A DNA stretch of 42,824 bases from Sphaeroforma arctica JP610 (GCF_001186125.1 NW_014040451.1:44959-87782); one strand, 5' to 3'. Shown: positions 12,470 to 24,659, counted from the first letter of the stretch. Made by a program: numbers and translations. The notes: generated by a model from the letters alone, not told the origin.

Positions 12470-12781
12470 TGTAGCATCTAGAGACCAGATTATCAAATCC
12501 CAAACATAGAATCATCAAATACTGAGTTTTGGAATTAGGATTGGAATATTTCTGACATTAGAGTCATCAGAAGTATTAGCGGTAGAATTGGTAAGATATA
12601 CCGGGACTCTCGCGTGAGAGAGAAACACTCAAGTAAATCACGAGTCTAGTGAAAACACAAATAAAGACTCATTTCGGTTCTCTCAGACTAAGGACTTTTC
12701 GTAGCTGAGGTAACCGTACTTGAGAAGAGGTCTATTGTATCCAATTGTCTCGTACCTTTCAGTTACTCTCCATACTCTACA
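12470..12781 (+). repeat. 3' LTR of Gypsy element 1 (312 bp)
   Basis: Direct repeat of 4113-4437, preceded by a PPT-like G-rich tract and followed by the ATCG duplication. Confidence 0.95.
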
Positions 12782-13789
12782 ATCGGACTGAGTGTTCGAC
12801 TGAGTCGAGATCCTGGTTCATGACGTCCGGAGAGAGTGGGGAGAGATCGGTATAAGGCAATGTCAAGCAATCGGGTGATGGTTGAAGATAAGAGGCCTGA
12901 TGGGGCGAATCATCGTGAGTAGGGATGTAGGCAGGAGCAGGCGTCTAGTGGTTAGAACTGGCGGAAGGGCTCACAATGGGTGGAGGGGCAGTCGGCGTGG
13001 GTGGGAGACTGTCGTATACATCTGGAGGATGATTAGCAGGCAGCAGAGGGTGTGACCATGGGTCACGATTGAGCGGCGGTGGGGCATACGGACTTGGAGG
13101 TCGGCGCGGGTGTGGGGCAGGAGGATGAGACCATTGACCGGGAGGGACAGGTGGGGGGTAATACGGTTGTAGAATAAGGCGTGGGATGTGGTGGTTAAAA
13201 CGTGTCCACTGATTAGAGAGAGGAGGCCCTGGTGTATAGTGCTGAGGATGTGGCAAAGGATACTGAGCCATATTGGGAGGGGATATAGGCATGGGTCGCG
13301 TGTAGGGAAGTGGGGGGGGTCATAGGAAATTGTTGGAAGTATTGAGGGCCAGGGATCCATCCGGGACTGCGAGGAGGTGTCGAGGAGTAGGAAGGCGTAG
13401 GAGTGTATATGACCTCATCCGACTGAGGTGGACGTGGGCGGTCATCGGGGACATGCGAAGATGGTCTAGGCATGTCTGTCGGGAGAGGGTTAGGGGCAAG
13501 AGCAGGTCGAGGGGTTGGATTGGATGTACTGGCGTCGAACGGGGCAGGCAGTTGAGCATCAGCAGGCTCAGGATGTATATCAGCTTGAGGACTACGACCG
13601 GGGGTGGGTGGTAAAGTGGCATCCTGAGGCTCCAGTTGTATGGCATTTTGGTGCAGCGAGTTGAACAGGCCAAGTAGGGGGGGGGGGGGGGGCGAACAAA
13701 TGGGATACTAGTCATGTCAGGATCAGATGTGAGGGACATTCAGTCAACCGGGATGTCATAGCTAGAGGGAGTATCGGATGAAGATGCCA

Positions 13790-14520
13790 CGTTACAATCG
13801 GCGGACCATCCAGCATTACATTCGGTAAGGAACTTAACGGTCCTTGGTGTAAGTTTGGGCTTGGATGTCAAGGGTTTGGATCCTATAATAATCGAGGGTA
13901 GAGTTGGGAGCCCGATCAAGAAGGCCGCCATATCCAGCTTTGGGTAGGTATTTGTGGCGGCCTTTTGCCTTGTCGCCCTGGAGTTTGTAAAGAACGATGC
14001 AACCAAAACGTGCGCAAAGATCCCGAAAATCATACCGTTGGAGGAAGGTCTCGGCGGGTGTGCGAAATTTATTGCCTTTAACAAAACAATTGTTGCGGAG
14101 GTTGCATGCCCAGAGGAAAGTATCACTCCATCCAGGTTTAGGCATGCCAGCATCGATCAAGAGTTTGCGGACATATATATTGAGCATATCATGAGGACGC
14201 TCTACCTTGGCATTGCGTTGGGGGTGTGGGGAGGGTAAGGAGGGAGCTGCAGAAGTTGCATCTTATGGTCGAGGACGAGGTCCGTCATAGCAGTGCTGTG
14301 GAATTCCTTAGCGCCGTCAGCCACAAGTATATCCGGTTTTCAATTACGAGCAATCGAGATGTGAAGGCGTTTGACATGTTGGGCAATATTTTGGTGGTCT
14401 GGGAGTAGAGAATGAAGACTATATCGGGTCCAGCATCGAATATACTGAGTGTGTATTCGCTTCCATATCTGTCGGGCTCGATGGAGCTCTGTGTATTCAC
14501 GTGCCATCGCTCACTAAGGC
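13790..14520 (-). pseudogene. Copia-type DDE integrase
   Basis: RWHVNT...Y.LSIFD, ILVADGAKEF, TPQRNAKVER, DAGMPKPGWSDTFLWACNLRN, TPAE, ARFGCIV; frameshifted. Confidence 0.88.
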
Positions 14521-14691
14521 CGTAGACCGTGATAGTAGGCGTGGGAAACCGTGATAGTAGGCGTGGGAAACCGGGCCAGCTTGTATGTTGCCTTCGAGAC
14601 ACGTGTGGCAGTGCTTCGAGAACTCTGGGTGAAGTTTCACGAAGTCAATGGCAGCCTGGAAGTCTGGACCAGGAGTAGAGTGTGTATCGAT

Positions 14692-15099
14692 GCTGCCGAG
14701 GAGGACAACAATGATAAATACCCAAGTGAGTTTACCAACTGTGGTAGTGCCGTGTCGTTGGAAGGTAGTAGTAGTATTTTAGACGATGACTGGCTGGCCT
14801 TGAATGTGAGCCATAAGGGCATTCCACCAGGTGGCTTGAAAGCGAACGGGAACAGCCATCACAATCCGGGATCCGCAGCGTGCGTTTTTATTGATAATAT
14901 CCTCGATCAAAGACCATGGGGAACAGGCATATGCTAGCTCCTTGGTGAGATACACCTCAGTCCATCATTTGAATACGCCACCACCTTCAGGGCTAGCAAA
15001 ATAGGGAAACTGAGCATTGCTTGGCACGATGTCTATCGTAAGATGAACGCATAAGAATTCACAGGCCGTTTTAACTAGTGCAGGGTCAAACATCCAGGA
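14692..15099 (-). pseudogene. Dam-like methyltransferase domain in the Copia pol (between protease and integrase)
   Basis: One frame through two stops reads SWMFDPALVKTACEFLCVHLTIDIVPSNAQFPYFASPEGGGVFK*WTEVYLTKELAYACSPWSLIEDIINKNARCGSRIVMAVPVRFQATWWNALMAHIQGQPVIV*NTTTTFQRHGTTTVGKLTWVFIIVVLLG. It is collinear with the Gypsy MTase domains over its whole length. Confidence 0.75.
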
Positions 15100-15289
15100 T
15101 TTCGTGTTGATATACTGTGGAGGTGGGTGGGTAAGTTTTATGATATTCTTTTTCGCCATGCAAAGAGTAGTAGATCGTTGTCGATGACCGGTGGCACGGT
15201 GGTATGCATAGTAAGTCATGGTAGTTTTGATTGCATGACCTTCAAATAGACTGAGTATGGTGTCCACGGGCGGTGTGAGTAGAAGCCGA

Positions 15290-15610
15290 AGTGCGTTGTA
15301 GGGAACATAGTAGCCGCCCTTTTGCGTGGGATGGTGAGTTTGTCCTTATCAAGTTGGAGTAGGCATTTACGTTTGTGTTTCGAGAATATGAGTTCAAACC
15401 CCGAGTCTTGTAGGCTGTTTTGAGCGATAATAGCTTAGGTTAAGTCTGGATTAAGGTATGTTAGGCCGAGACCGGGGAGTTGACCACGCTCCGTGACATA
15501 TTTAACATTTCCGTCAGCAAGTTTAAGAGGGAAATTGCCAGATGTTATGTCTACATTTCTTGCTTTAGAGTTCATGAAATTAACTGTAGCACCTCCATCT
15601 ATAAATTAAG
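15290..15610 (-). pseudogene. Copia-type aspartic protease
   Basis: Minus strand reads FIDGGATVNFM...LKLADGNVKYVTERG...YLNPDLT*AIIAQNSLQDSGFELIF...C. Confidence 0.8.
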
Positions 15611-15687
15611 AGTATATGTCAATATTATCTGATTGTAAGGATATTCTGCAAACTGTGATTTGTATCACAATATAGGGATAATTTTAT

Positions 15688-16600
15688 TTATTTCAAAAGA
15701 GATAAGCTGCAAGTGGAGTTGACAAGGGGGTTCAGTAGAGCATCCATGCTACGGGCAAGAATTTTGGGCGCTCGTTCACGTGTGCAGTGGGCCGCCCGCT
15801 TGATATGAAGATAGTGGATTAAAGCTGCTTTCGTAGAGTCGGGATAATCTTGGGAGCGTGGGTCGATAGTTTTATCAAGTTGCCTTTTCAACGTAAGTGT
15901 TGCATGTTGAGACCGCAGCGACCACAATTCTTGGGACAATATAAAGAAGTGTGCTTGTCGTTACAGCACAGGTAGTATTTATTGCCATTCGAAGTGCGGT
16001 TGCGTTGAGTCTTAAGTTCCCCAATCATGCGTACAAGGTCAGCAATGGAGGAGTCAGTAGAGGTTGCATTGAGTGCATTTACTGTGGAATTGCTTAAGGG
16101 ATAGAAGAGCGAGCAGTATAATGCCCTTTCTCCAAGTATACATATAGGATGTCGATGTCAAGGTTGTTACGAGTTTCGTGGGTTTGGAGATAAACATTGT
16201 TGATCTGATTGCGGTCTGCCTGGCCAAGCTGGTTGATAAATAGATTTTGTTGTACGGCTGGACTAAGTGTAATACCTTGTTCAAAACCAGTTTCGCAGGC
16301 ATATTCACATCTGGTTGCCCTCGTGGCGAAGAGATTCGGTAGGACCACGAGTGAGAACCGCAAGGTAAGCAGTGTCGACAGTGCAGTGGATGGGTTGTAA
16401 TTGATGCTCAAACTTGGATTGAAGGACATTGTAGAGGCTCCGAGGATGTTCACGTTTGGTGAGACAGGGCCATGCTTACACGGAGTTTAGGATGCATTGA
16501 ACTGAGGACGGATGTTCGGGCCTTGTGGCAAGTGCCGTTAGCGATGACACGTTCGATGTATGTTTGTAGTTCCACCATATATTCCTTGTAGTCGCTACGA
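15688..16600 (-). pseudogene. Copia gag region (degenerate, Cys/His knuckle remnants)
   Basis: Lies upstream of the protease; degenerate Cys/His clusters such as YLCCNDKHTSLYCPKNCGRC near 15910-15975. Confidence 0.55.
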
Positions 16601-16772
16601 TCGTTAGTACGTGTAGCTAAGATATGGGCGTAAGTTTGCGGTGGATTTCAGGGGTCCTTTGGAAATTTTTGATCAAATTTAAGAACAGAGGTAAGTATAA
16701 AAGTCAGGCTAACCAGGCTGACTATCGATGTCAATAAGTTATAGATGAGCTAAAGATTAGGGGATTTAAGAC

Positions 16773-17475
16773 TGTGACTATTGTCTTTATGGCTCCGCTC
16801 TATTCACTCAATACTTCGGTCTAGGTTTATTTGGTGTCAGTAACTAAGATCAGATTTCATTTCATTGGATGTATGATATTTCGTTTTATATCATTTCATG
16901 CCTCGAAACAATCTCTCAATCGCAATTACAATTAAAATAACTCTAAGTCCAACTTAAAAGAAATCAAAAACACCATGATGGTACAGTTAAATGTCTGTAC
17001 CTATACCCCATCACATGGTACCTAGCTCTCCATCCCATTGAAGGCATAGACGGGCACATCTAGTTGGCTGGCCAGGAGGGATCATTTTTATGCCCCATTT
17101 CACAGTGGGCTATCTCGCGCTGAGAGTATTCGGTAATACAACATGTGTCATCAAGTGTCAATATCACCTGAGACTCACCCATTTGTTGTATCCCAATATT
17201 TTGATGGAAAACATATCATAATAGAAAAACCATCATATCAATATCAACAGAGTCTCCGGCCTCTGTCGTATACAATTGTATTTCCAAATATCTCAAAATA
17301 AATTGTTTGTTTGTTTGTTTGTTTTCTGCCAATTCAATACATCTATAATTAGATTATTTGACAACTATACAGATACAAATATCTACAATTGCGTTTCAAC
17401 GTATACCAGTTTTATAACCATAATAGCATTTAACCGTTAATACGGTTATAATTTACGTTAACATGTGCTTCTACT
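16773..17475 (-). repeat. Putative 3' LTR of Gypsy element 2
   Basis: Starts TGTGA at 16773. It shares GGCACATCT.GTTGGCTG and ATCTCGC..AGTATTC blocks with the element 3 LTRs, and 17131-17486 is repeated at 29393-29647. Ends are approximate. Confidence 0.6.
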
Positions 17476-18234
17476 ATAGGGACCCGTTATATGTGATTTG
17501 AAGCACATAGACTCAAAAAGCTCACATGAATTGTACAAGCGAATAGAAGAAACGGGTTTCGATCATATAATGGCCTCAATGCTTATATTATATTCTCTTA
17601 GACAAAGTATACTTAGACTTTATAAGTTACTCGGTTACTCTATTACGTTTGGGTTTAGGTCCTTGAGGTCCCCGATGGTGGATGGGGCGTTTCTTAGTGC
17701 CTTTAGGAGGTACATACATTCCATGGTCTTCGAAAATAGAAATGAATAATGTCTGCGGATAGACCTTGATTACATCAGGTCGTTTGTTTTTAGGTAAGAT
17801 CGCGTCTGCGTCTGCCTTGTTCTTATGTAGACGCTTACGAAACTTCTTATTAAAAGCCTTCAATACATCTGGATTATCGAATGCCGATGGAGGTAGATCG
17901 TATTTTGCGCCATCTGCAAACTCCGTTGTGTAGTAAGTGATACTCTCATGTATGTACTTCCACAGCATTTTTTTAAACTTGTAAAACATAAGAAGTGTAG
18001 TAGCTTCACGTGTGCGACGAAGGATGATTTCTGTCGTTGGAATTTGATGTGAACCGATATTAAGAGTACTTGAACCGACAACATTGTTAACTTCATGAGT
18101 TCCGCTCTTCTTATCGGCCACTCTCAATTAACTGGGTACAGACACAAATGAACGAGACACCGGATTCAGTCACTGGTACAACACCCGCTCACTATTTCAG
18201 GGGCCGTCTCGGATGGTGTTCATTTGGTGGTTTC

Positions 18235-18635
18235 AACTGGACCTATTCGACATATTATTGTATGTCGCCAAAGAGTCTTCTGGACTGCACGGGTACCCTG
18301 ATAGATGAAAGTATCTACCGCTCTATCCACATATATGGGCTCACATTGTATCATCGATATCAAATGTGGTAGCCATTTATCTGAATGTCTTAACGGGTAA
18401 CACAACGTGATGGTAGCATCTTGTATATGAACATATTTCAGCAATTGTGGTATCAGCAACCACGGTGGATTCGCCCATGCGTTCTCATCGGATAAGTCGA
18501 TTTGAAACCCATCACCGTCTGGATGTTCCAGAGTCCGGTATCGCGGTATGATGTGCTGCAAACATGTCGATGGTATGTGGTCCATGTATATTGTCTGCAA
18601 TTTTAAACCACCTAGGATTCGCCATCCAATCCAAT
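18235..18635 (-). pseudogene. Dam-like methyltransferase domain of element 2
   Basis: DWMANPRWFKIADNIHGPHTIDMFAAHH/(fs)YRTLEHPDGDGFQIDLSDENAWANPPWLLIPQLLKYV...TLCYPLRHSDKWLPHL...DTFIYQGTRAVQKTLWRHTIICRIG; intact NPPW at 18460-18471. Confidence 0.88.
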
Positions 18636-21405
18636 CCGTAGCTAACAATCCACGGACCATCTTGTCGAAGTCCTGTACAAAGCACAACAGCATATCCGGT
18701 AAGTGATTGTGTATGCCCGATATATGTGTTATGCTGAAAGAAAACTTTGCGATCGTATCGTGCCATCGACTGACCAATTGTGCATTGGGTTTCATGTCTT
18801 TTAAGTGTTGCAACGATTTCTGATCGCACAGTACATTAAAATGTGTACCGTAAACGTAGTCCTTAAAATGAGTGAGTGCAGTTACAACAGCTAGCAGCTC
18901 CTGTTGCACCGTCGGATAATTGATTTGTGACGAGTTCATAGCCCTGCTAAAGAACTGCACGTATCTTGGTTTAATACAGAACGCCTCCTAGCGCCATGTC
19001 GGATGCGTCTGTAGCCACCATGAAGGGCACTCCATCTTTTGGTGGCTGGACTATTGGAGCTTGTTGAACTACTGTTTTGAGCTGCTTAAAGGCATCATCA
19101 CATTCTTTGGTCTATAACGTTCCTAATTTGCCCTTATAGCATCGTCAATGTCCGAAAGACTTCAGGTAGCTCGCCAGGTGGGAACTTCATCTGACAGGAA
19201 GTTGACGAATTCGCACATGCTGTTAACGTCCTTGCCTGTAGTGGGGGTTCTCCAATCCAGTAAGTATTCTACCTTTCCAGGGTCGATCATAATACCTTCC
19301 CCAGATAATCGATAACCCAACAGTTGTATTTTGTTCACACCGAAATGACATTTCTTGCTGTTGATCTTAAACCTGTGTTCGTTGAGCCTCACCAGTACTT
19401 CCCGCACAACCCTGTCATGCTCCTCTTTAGTTTTAGTAAACACGACAATGTCGTCTATATACACTTGTACATTATCCATGTCTCTAAACAGGTCTTGCAT
19501 GATTTGATGAAAGAGGGCTGGTAACATATGTAAACCAAAAGGGGCTCCTTTAAACGAATACTGCTGTCCATCCCAAGTGAAGGTGAAATACTTCCGGTGT
19601 GGCTTGTATATCTTCATTTGATGGTAGCCTTGCTTCAAATCGATGGTCGAAAATATCTTGCACCTTCCATTTTTCTCAGCATTCCGTTGATTCTTGGTAA
19701 ATGAAAGTTGTGTGAGAGTATAAGAGAGTTTGTAGGACTCATATCCAAACACACGCGAACCTTCTTTAACGTACCGTCGGAGTTGAACTGGTCTACAGCC
19801 AAGAGCGCTAAGTTGACAGGGGTAGGTTCATAGTTGACTGCAATTACCCCGTCTTCTAACCATGCTTTAACTTGTTCTCATACTACTTGTTCGTGACGCC
19901 ACGCTACGTAGTTCCGCGTTGGACATTTCAACTTCGAAAAGTCTACTTTTGTCAAGTCTGAGCTCACGATTCGTTGTTGAATCTAAACTGAGCCCCGTCG
20001 GTGATCTTTAACTTGTTGTTCTCAAAAATAAGATCCTTTAGCTTCTCTGTGAATTGGGGTATTAATTCTTTCACAGTCTTAGAAGGCTTGTATACAGGCT
20101 TCAGCAGATTCTCGTCTGACTGATTCTTCTGGGGGTAGATGTTTGTCGGCAAACCGGTAATCGTTATACCTAGCAACAATAAATATCCCATTCCCATTAT
20201 TAAATCATAGTCTGGCGAAGTGTTACAGACAACTGCCTTCCATTCGGCTCATGTTGGGTCATGCGCCAGCTGCAATCTGTCTCAGCACAGTCCTTGGTCT
20301 CCTTGTACTTCGGTTTAGGAGGATCGGCTGCCTGATTAGACTTATTGCCCAAAGCCCCTCAAGTGTTGACATTGTTCTTTGACCATCAGCACCTTGCACT
20401 TGCTTGTTCTTCTGGACTCCTCTGTCACACCCTTTGTTCCCTTTGTTGTTTTCCACACCCGTATGAGAGTCTCGGCCGTTACCTGGTCCTCCATTCGCGT
20501 TGGGCACCGTCTTCTTAGTAGACGGTGTGAATTTCACCACAGAACTCGGCCGTTTCGAAAACGTCTAGTCTGCTCTCGAGTAAAATTCAGTCCAAGACAA
20601 GTCGGCGAGTTTCATGATGCCGTAAGTTGGCCCTTCAATCGAAATCTCACGTACCTTGTCTGGAAACGATTGACGCATATCTGCGTACAACACCTATTGA
20701 TCTTTTCGGTGAAGAGCTGAGCAGAAAATGGTTTGTACCCACAGGACGCACATACTCAGCTTGTCTGGCGACATTTCTTGCGTCTGAGCACGTTGTATGT
20801 GAGTGTCCAGTTTCAGGAGGTAATGTGACACTGGTGTTCCTTCGTCCGGTGGTACCATTATCGATACCAATAGTTCCGGTCTAGGATCGGTTGAGAACAG
20901 ATGGACTATCATCTCGCTCTGTTCATTCCACGTCTTCAGCTTTGTTATAGCAGCCTTAACCTTCTCCAACTTATTATACTTATAAGATGACGGCTTAAAA
21001 CTCTGTTGCGCAGCCTCAAACCATAGGTTCTTACGTAAATTTGCAGTAAGCATGATTTGACCAAACTCTTTCAAAGATCGTGACAATAACGCTAAGTTAC
21101 TCGTATCGATTTAGTTCTTACGGTCTTTCCGATCTGGACGATACGTAGTGGGTAACTTACCTATGTCCTTGACGAACTTCTTACTGTCCACTGACTTTTC
21201 AGCGTGTATGATGCGTAGCTCCGTATCGATCTTGAATTGAAAGTGCCTCGCCAATGTCATTCTCAAGCTGGCTTACTCTATCTTCCCTTGATCTATTGCT
21301 AGCGTCACCTCTTCTTCTGCATTTAGCATTCGAGCAGTGAAATCAGCAATCTTCTTGTCACTCTCCGAAATCTCGTCAACTGCCGTGTTTGTCTCCTTCA
21401 ATCCA

Positions 21406-22151
21406 TGTAATATTCGGTCTCTCAAGGCGATATTAACACCTTAGAGTAATTAAACGCTTAGGTTAAGTCTAAGTATAAATAATTTCGAAGTAAATAAACG
21501 AAATGAGTCTTTTAGTAAAGTTAGGTATGCCTCGTGAAAACAGCAATACTCTGAGGGATTGTGAGGCTGAGACATTGCCTATATATAGTCCTCTCAGTAC
21601 TGTTTTCGCCGAAAGGATTTTATTCAGTGTTTCGTTGTCGCTCTAATAGAAACTATGGTATATATCGTTGGGGCGAATCCGAGAGACTCATAAAATCCTA
21701 TCTTTAGAAAAAAAAGAAAAGAAAGACTCTTGATGTCCATAGTTATTGCAATACTAAATAACTTGCCACTTATCAAGAATTACCGACTTAGCCTTCATCA
21801 GATTGGCACATCTGGTTGGCTGAACGGGGGATAAACTAAGCAACGCTAATAGTCGTTAGAAACCTATGTTCGGTTGAGCCATCTCGCTACCGAAGTATTC
21901 AGATATAAATAGGTTTGGAAGGATAATATAGTTATATTAATAGAACTAGACCAAATATTATATTTGGTATTTTACTGGGGCCTTTTAATGGCCTTGTCCA
22001 AATATATGATATGTAAAAGGGAAAAGGTATTTAATTAATAAAAACCGTTGAAGACCATTTAAGAGTTTACGTACTTTTAAGAGTACGTTTTACGTACTAT
22101 TAAGAGTACGTTTATATTACAAGATTTTAATGTAGAGGCCCGGCTTTTACA
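21406..22151 (-). repeat. 3' LTR of element 3 (~746 bp)
   Basis: TGTAA...TTACA termini; 21406-21982 is a close direct repeat of 28804-29393; PPT-like tract adjacent. Confidence 0.85.
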
Positions 22152-22289
22152 CAGCCCCCACCCAGCTTTGAGACCCAGGAGAAGCAAGTTGCTCACTCAA
22201 GCTGATTATGAGTCAAAAAGCGAGAAAGGAAAACGGGTTGAAAACATTAAGTAGCATAACGTATAGTTAATGTTTCTCAGGCGGAGAAG

Positions 22290-23700
22290 TTAAGCGTTCT
22301 GGGATACCCTGTGAGTTTTGGGTTTAGTTCCAGTAGGTCCGTGGTGGTCTACTGGACATTCCTTACGCTTCAATGTTTTTGGAATATATGAAGGATGAGC
22401 AGTAAAGCTCGGGATAAATGCTGTTGGCGGGTAAGTTTTAACTTCCGTGCCTTCAGACGATGGAAACATGCTATCTTTTTCAGCCCGTGACTTATGTAGG
22501 CGTTTACGCCATTTTCTGATGAAGGCCTTTAAATGGTCCTGATTGTCAAAAGCATCTGAAGTTAACTCAGTGATTGTACCGTCTATAAAGCGTGTACGAT
22601 AGTATATATATCCTCCTTTATCCGTTCTCCATATAATATCTTTGAATTCGGAGCGGTCAAGAGGTGCAGTATAATCATGTCTTCTTGCGAGAACAATCTC
22701 AGTAGTCGGAATTCGACTAGTGCCTATATTTAAAGCACATACTTTTAGTGTCTCCTACAGAGATTATATATGGTCCTATCCATTTCGATGTTAGTACAGT
22801 AGCATCGTAATTACGTTGACGGATGTTAACTCTGTCTCCAACCTGATACTCTGATATCGTTTTGGTAGCATTCCATTTATTTTGCCTTTTTAATAAGGCC
22901 ACATTAGGTGTCTCTCGCAAGCAAGGATATACATCGTTGTGTATTCGTTGTACCTTCTCTAACCATGGTAACTCATGGCGATCAGGTTCGTCCTTGTTAA
23001 AGGGTATTTGTAACTCACTATATGTGCCACGAAAATAGTGAGCGGGTGTTGTACCTGTAGCCGGATCAGCACACTCGTTCATCTGTGTCTGTACCCACTT
23101 AAGGTGGTACGGCCAATCATCTGCATCATCCGTTAATGCAGTACGTAAGACGAAATTAAGTCTTCTGTGGCGCGTTTCATTAGCGCATTGTGTTTGTGGT
23201 TTATATGGTACACCCCTTTTATGGCTTATGCCTGACACGAGTACTAACGTTTCCATTACGTCATCGCAGAACTCGCTACCGTTATCAGTGCACATTATAC
23301 CCGGCCACCCGTGGTCAGCAAAGACTTGGCAACATAATTCTGCCACGGTCTGCGTATTCATATCCTTTAATGGATAGAGCAAGTTAAACCGTGACGCCAC
23401 ATCAAAGAAGTGGCATACGTAACGGTCGCCTGTGTGCTCGGACGTGGGCAGGTCAACCAGATCAATGATGACCCTGCGCCATGGAACATCTTCAGTCACA
23501 CTCTTAAGCGGTGCGAGCCCATAGCGCTTGATCTGATTGAGATCACAGTCTGTACATGACTGATATACTCTGTCAACTAAAGTTGCCAGCTTAGGGTGCG
23601 CGATCCCTTTTCGCTTAGCATCTATAAGTGCGTCTACTACGTTCTGGTGCTTCAGCTTATGGTTTTGCGTCAGCCAATCAAGAATGTTTTTATCATTCTG
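22290..23700 (-). pseudogene. Integrase plus chromodomain-like tail of element 3
   Basis: HKLKH...CTDC, RVIIDLVDLP, FFDVASRF, TDNGSEF, PYKPQTQCANE and KWIGPY in ORF 22717-24243. Downstream of the stop, the minus strand reads FKDIIWRTDKGGYIYYRTRFIDG. Confidence 0.92.
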
Positions 23701-24124
23701 CTCCTCCAGAATAAAGGTAGGGTGTTGAGAATCCACTTGCGTGGTCTCTAAGTCTGTGGTGTTTCCAGACTCCTGTCCTGCTTTCGCATGAGTGTCATAA
23801 GTGCGCTCATGTGCGTTAGATACACCTGACTTATTTAATAGTCGCATTATAAGTGTATATGCTTCGGGATTATCTTTCATTAATCCCTTTAAAAATAGGG
23901 TTTGAAAGACTTCGGGCTTAGACTTTATGTTAATAAACAGAGTCCTAGCTAGAGACTGACACTTCTTAACTGTAGTGTCATTAGTAGATTGTATTTCTTG
24001 TGTACAGACTTCAAGTGCTGTGTTGCCTTTGAACTGCTTAACGTTCAATATATTGGCGAGTGGAATCTCCGATTCTTTGACCTTGTTAAGGAAGGTCTCA
24101 GAAGGGGTCCATTTAGTTGTTCCA

Positions 24125-24620
24125 ATGGGACCTACACGACATATTATAGTATGTCTCCAGGGCGTCTTCTGGACGGGTCGGGTACCCTGATATAGGAAAG
24201 TATCTACTTCCCTATCTAAATATATTGGCTCGCATTGTATCATGCTTATTAATTTATTGAGCCATGGATCTTTAGAGTTTTCTTTTTCTTAATAAATCCG
24301 CAGTCTCCCTGAATTGGTTTAAATTTTTTCTAGTTTTTAACCTCCCATTCAACCTACTCCGTAATGGGCAACACAACGTGATGGTAGCTTTGTGTATATG
24401 AACATAATTTAGTAATTGGGCAATTAAATGCCACGGTGGATTAGCCCACGCATTATGTTTGGAGAGGTCTAGTTGAAAGGCATCTCCTAAAGGATGATTT
24501 AAAGTCCTGTAATTCTTAAGTTGTGCATTATGATGTGCAGTAAACATGTCAACTGTATGTGGCCCAAATATCCTTTGAGCCAGTTCAAACCACCTGGGGT
24601 TACATTTCTAATCAGCGGCT
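24125..24620 (-). pseudogene. Dam-like methyltransferase domain of element 3 (split by an 80-bp insertion)
   Basis: NPRWFELAQRIFGPHTVDMFTAHHNAQLKNYRTLNHPLGDAFQLDLSKHNAWANPPWHLIAQLLNYV..TLCCPLRS[insertion]KDPWL..MIQCEPIYLDREVDTFLYQGTRPVQKTPWRHTIICRVG; NPPW at 24431-24442. Confidence 0.9.
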
Positions 24621-24659
24621 AGTAACTCACGTACGGATTTATTAAAGTCCGGTATGAAG

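Larger units (their letters stand above)
4113..12781 (+). mobile_element. Ty3/Gypsy (chromovirus-like) LTR retrotransposon, element 1; full-length but pseudogenised; gag-PR-RT-RH-MTase-IN-chromodomain
   Basis: Paired LTRs 4113-4437 and 12470-12781 (TGTAG...CTACA); ATCG duplication at 4109-4112 and 12782-12785; PPT-like AAAGTTGGGGGGC before the 3' LTR; Gypsy domain order inside. Confidence 0.95.
3152..16772 (-). mobile_element. Degenerate Ty1/Copia LTR retrotransposon (gag-PR-MTase-IN-RT), interrupted by Gypsy element 1; LTRs and RNase H not found
   Basis: Minus-strand domain order: gag (~15690-16600), protease FIDGGAT..LADG (~15300-15610), integrase (~13790-14520), Pro-rich linker, then Copia RT (3152-4112). 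The two halves are joined across the Gypsy insertion by the ATCG duplication. Confidence 0.85.
16773..21405 (-). mobile_element. Gypsy element 2 (5'-truncated by element 3; integrase core and most of protease deleted)
   Basis: gag fragments 20259-21405; RT 19162-19900 (IDLKQGYHQ, VYIDDIVV); RNase H ~18690-19020 (TDASD, QELLAV, CDQKSL); MTase; chromodomain-like tail 17627-18127; putative 3' LTR ~16773-17475. Confidence 0.85.
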
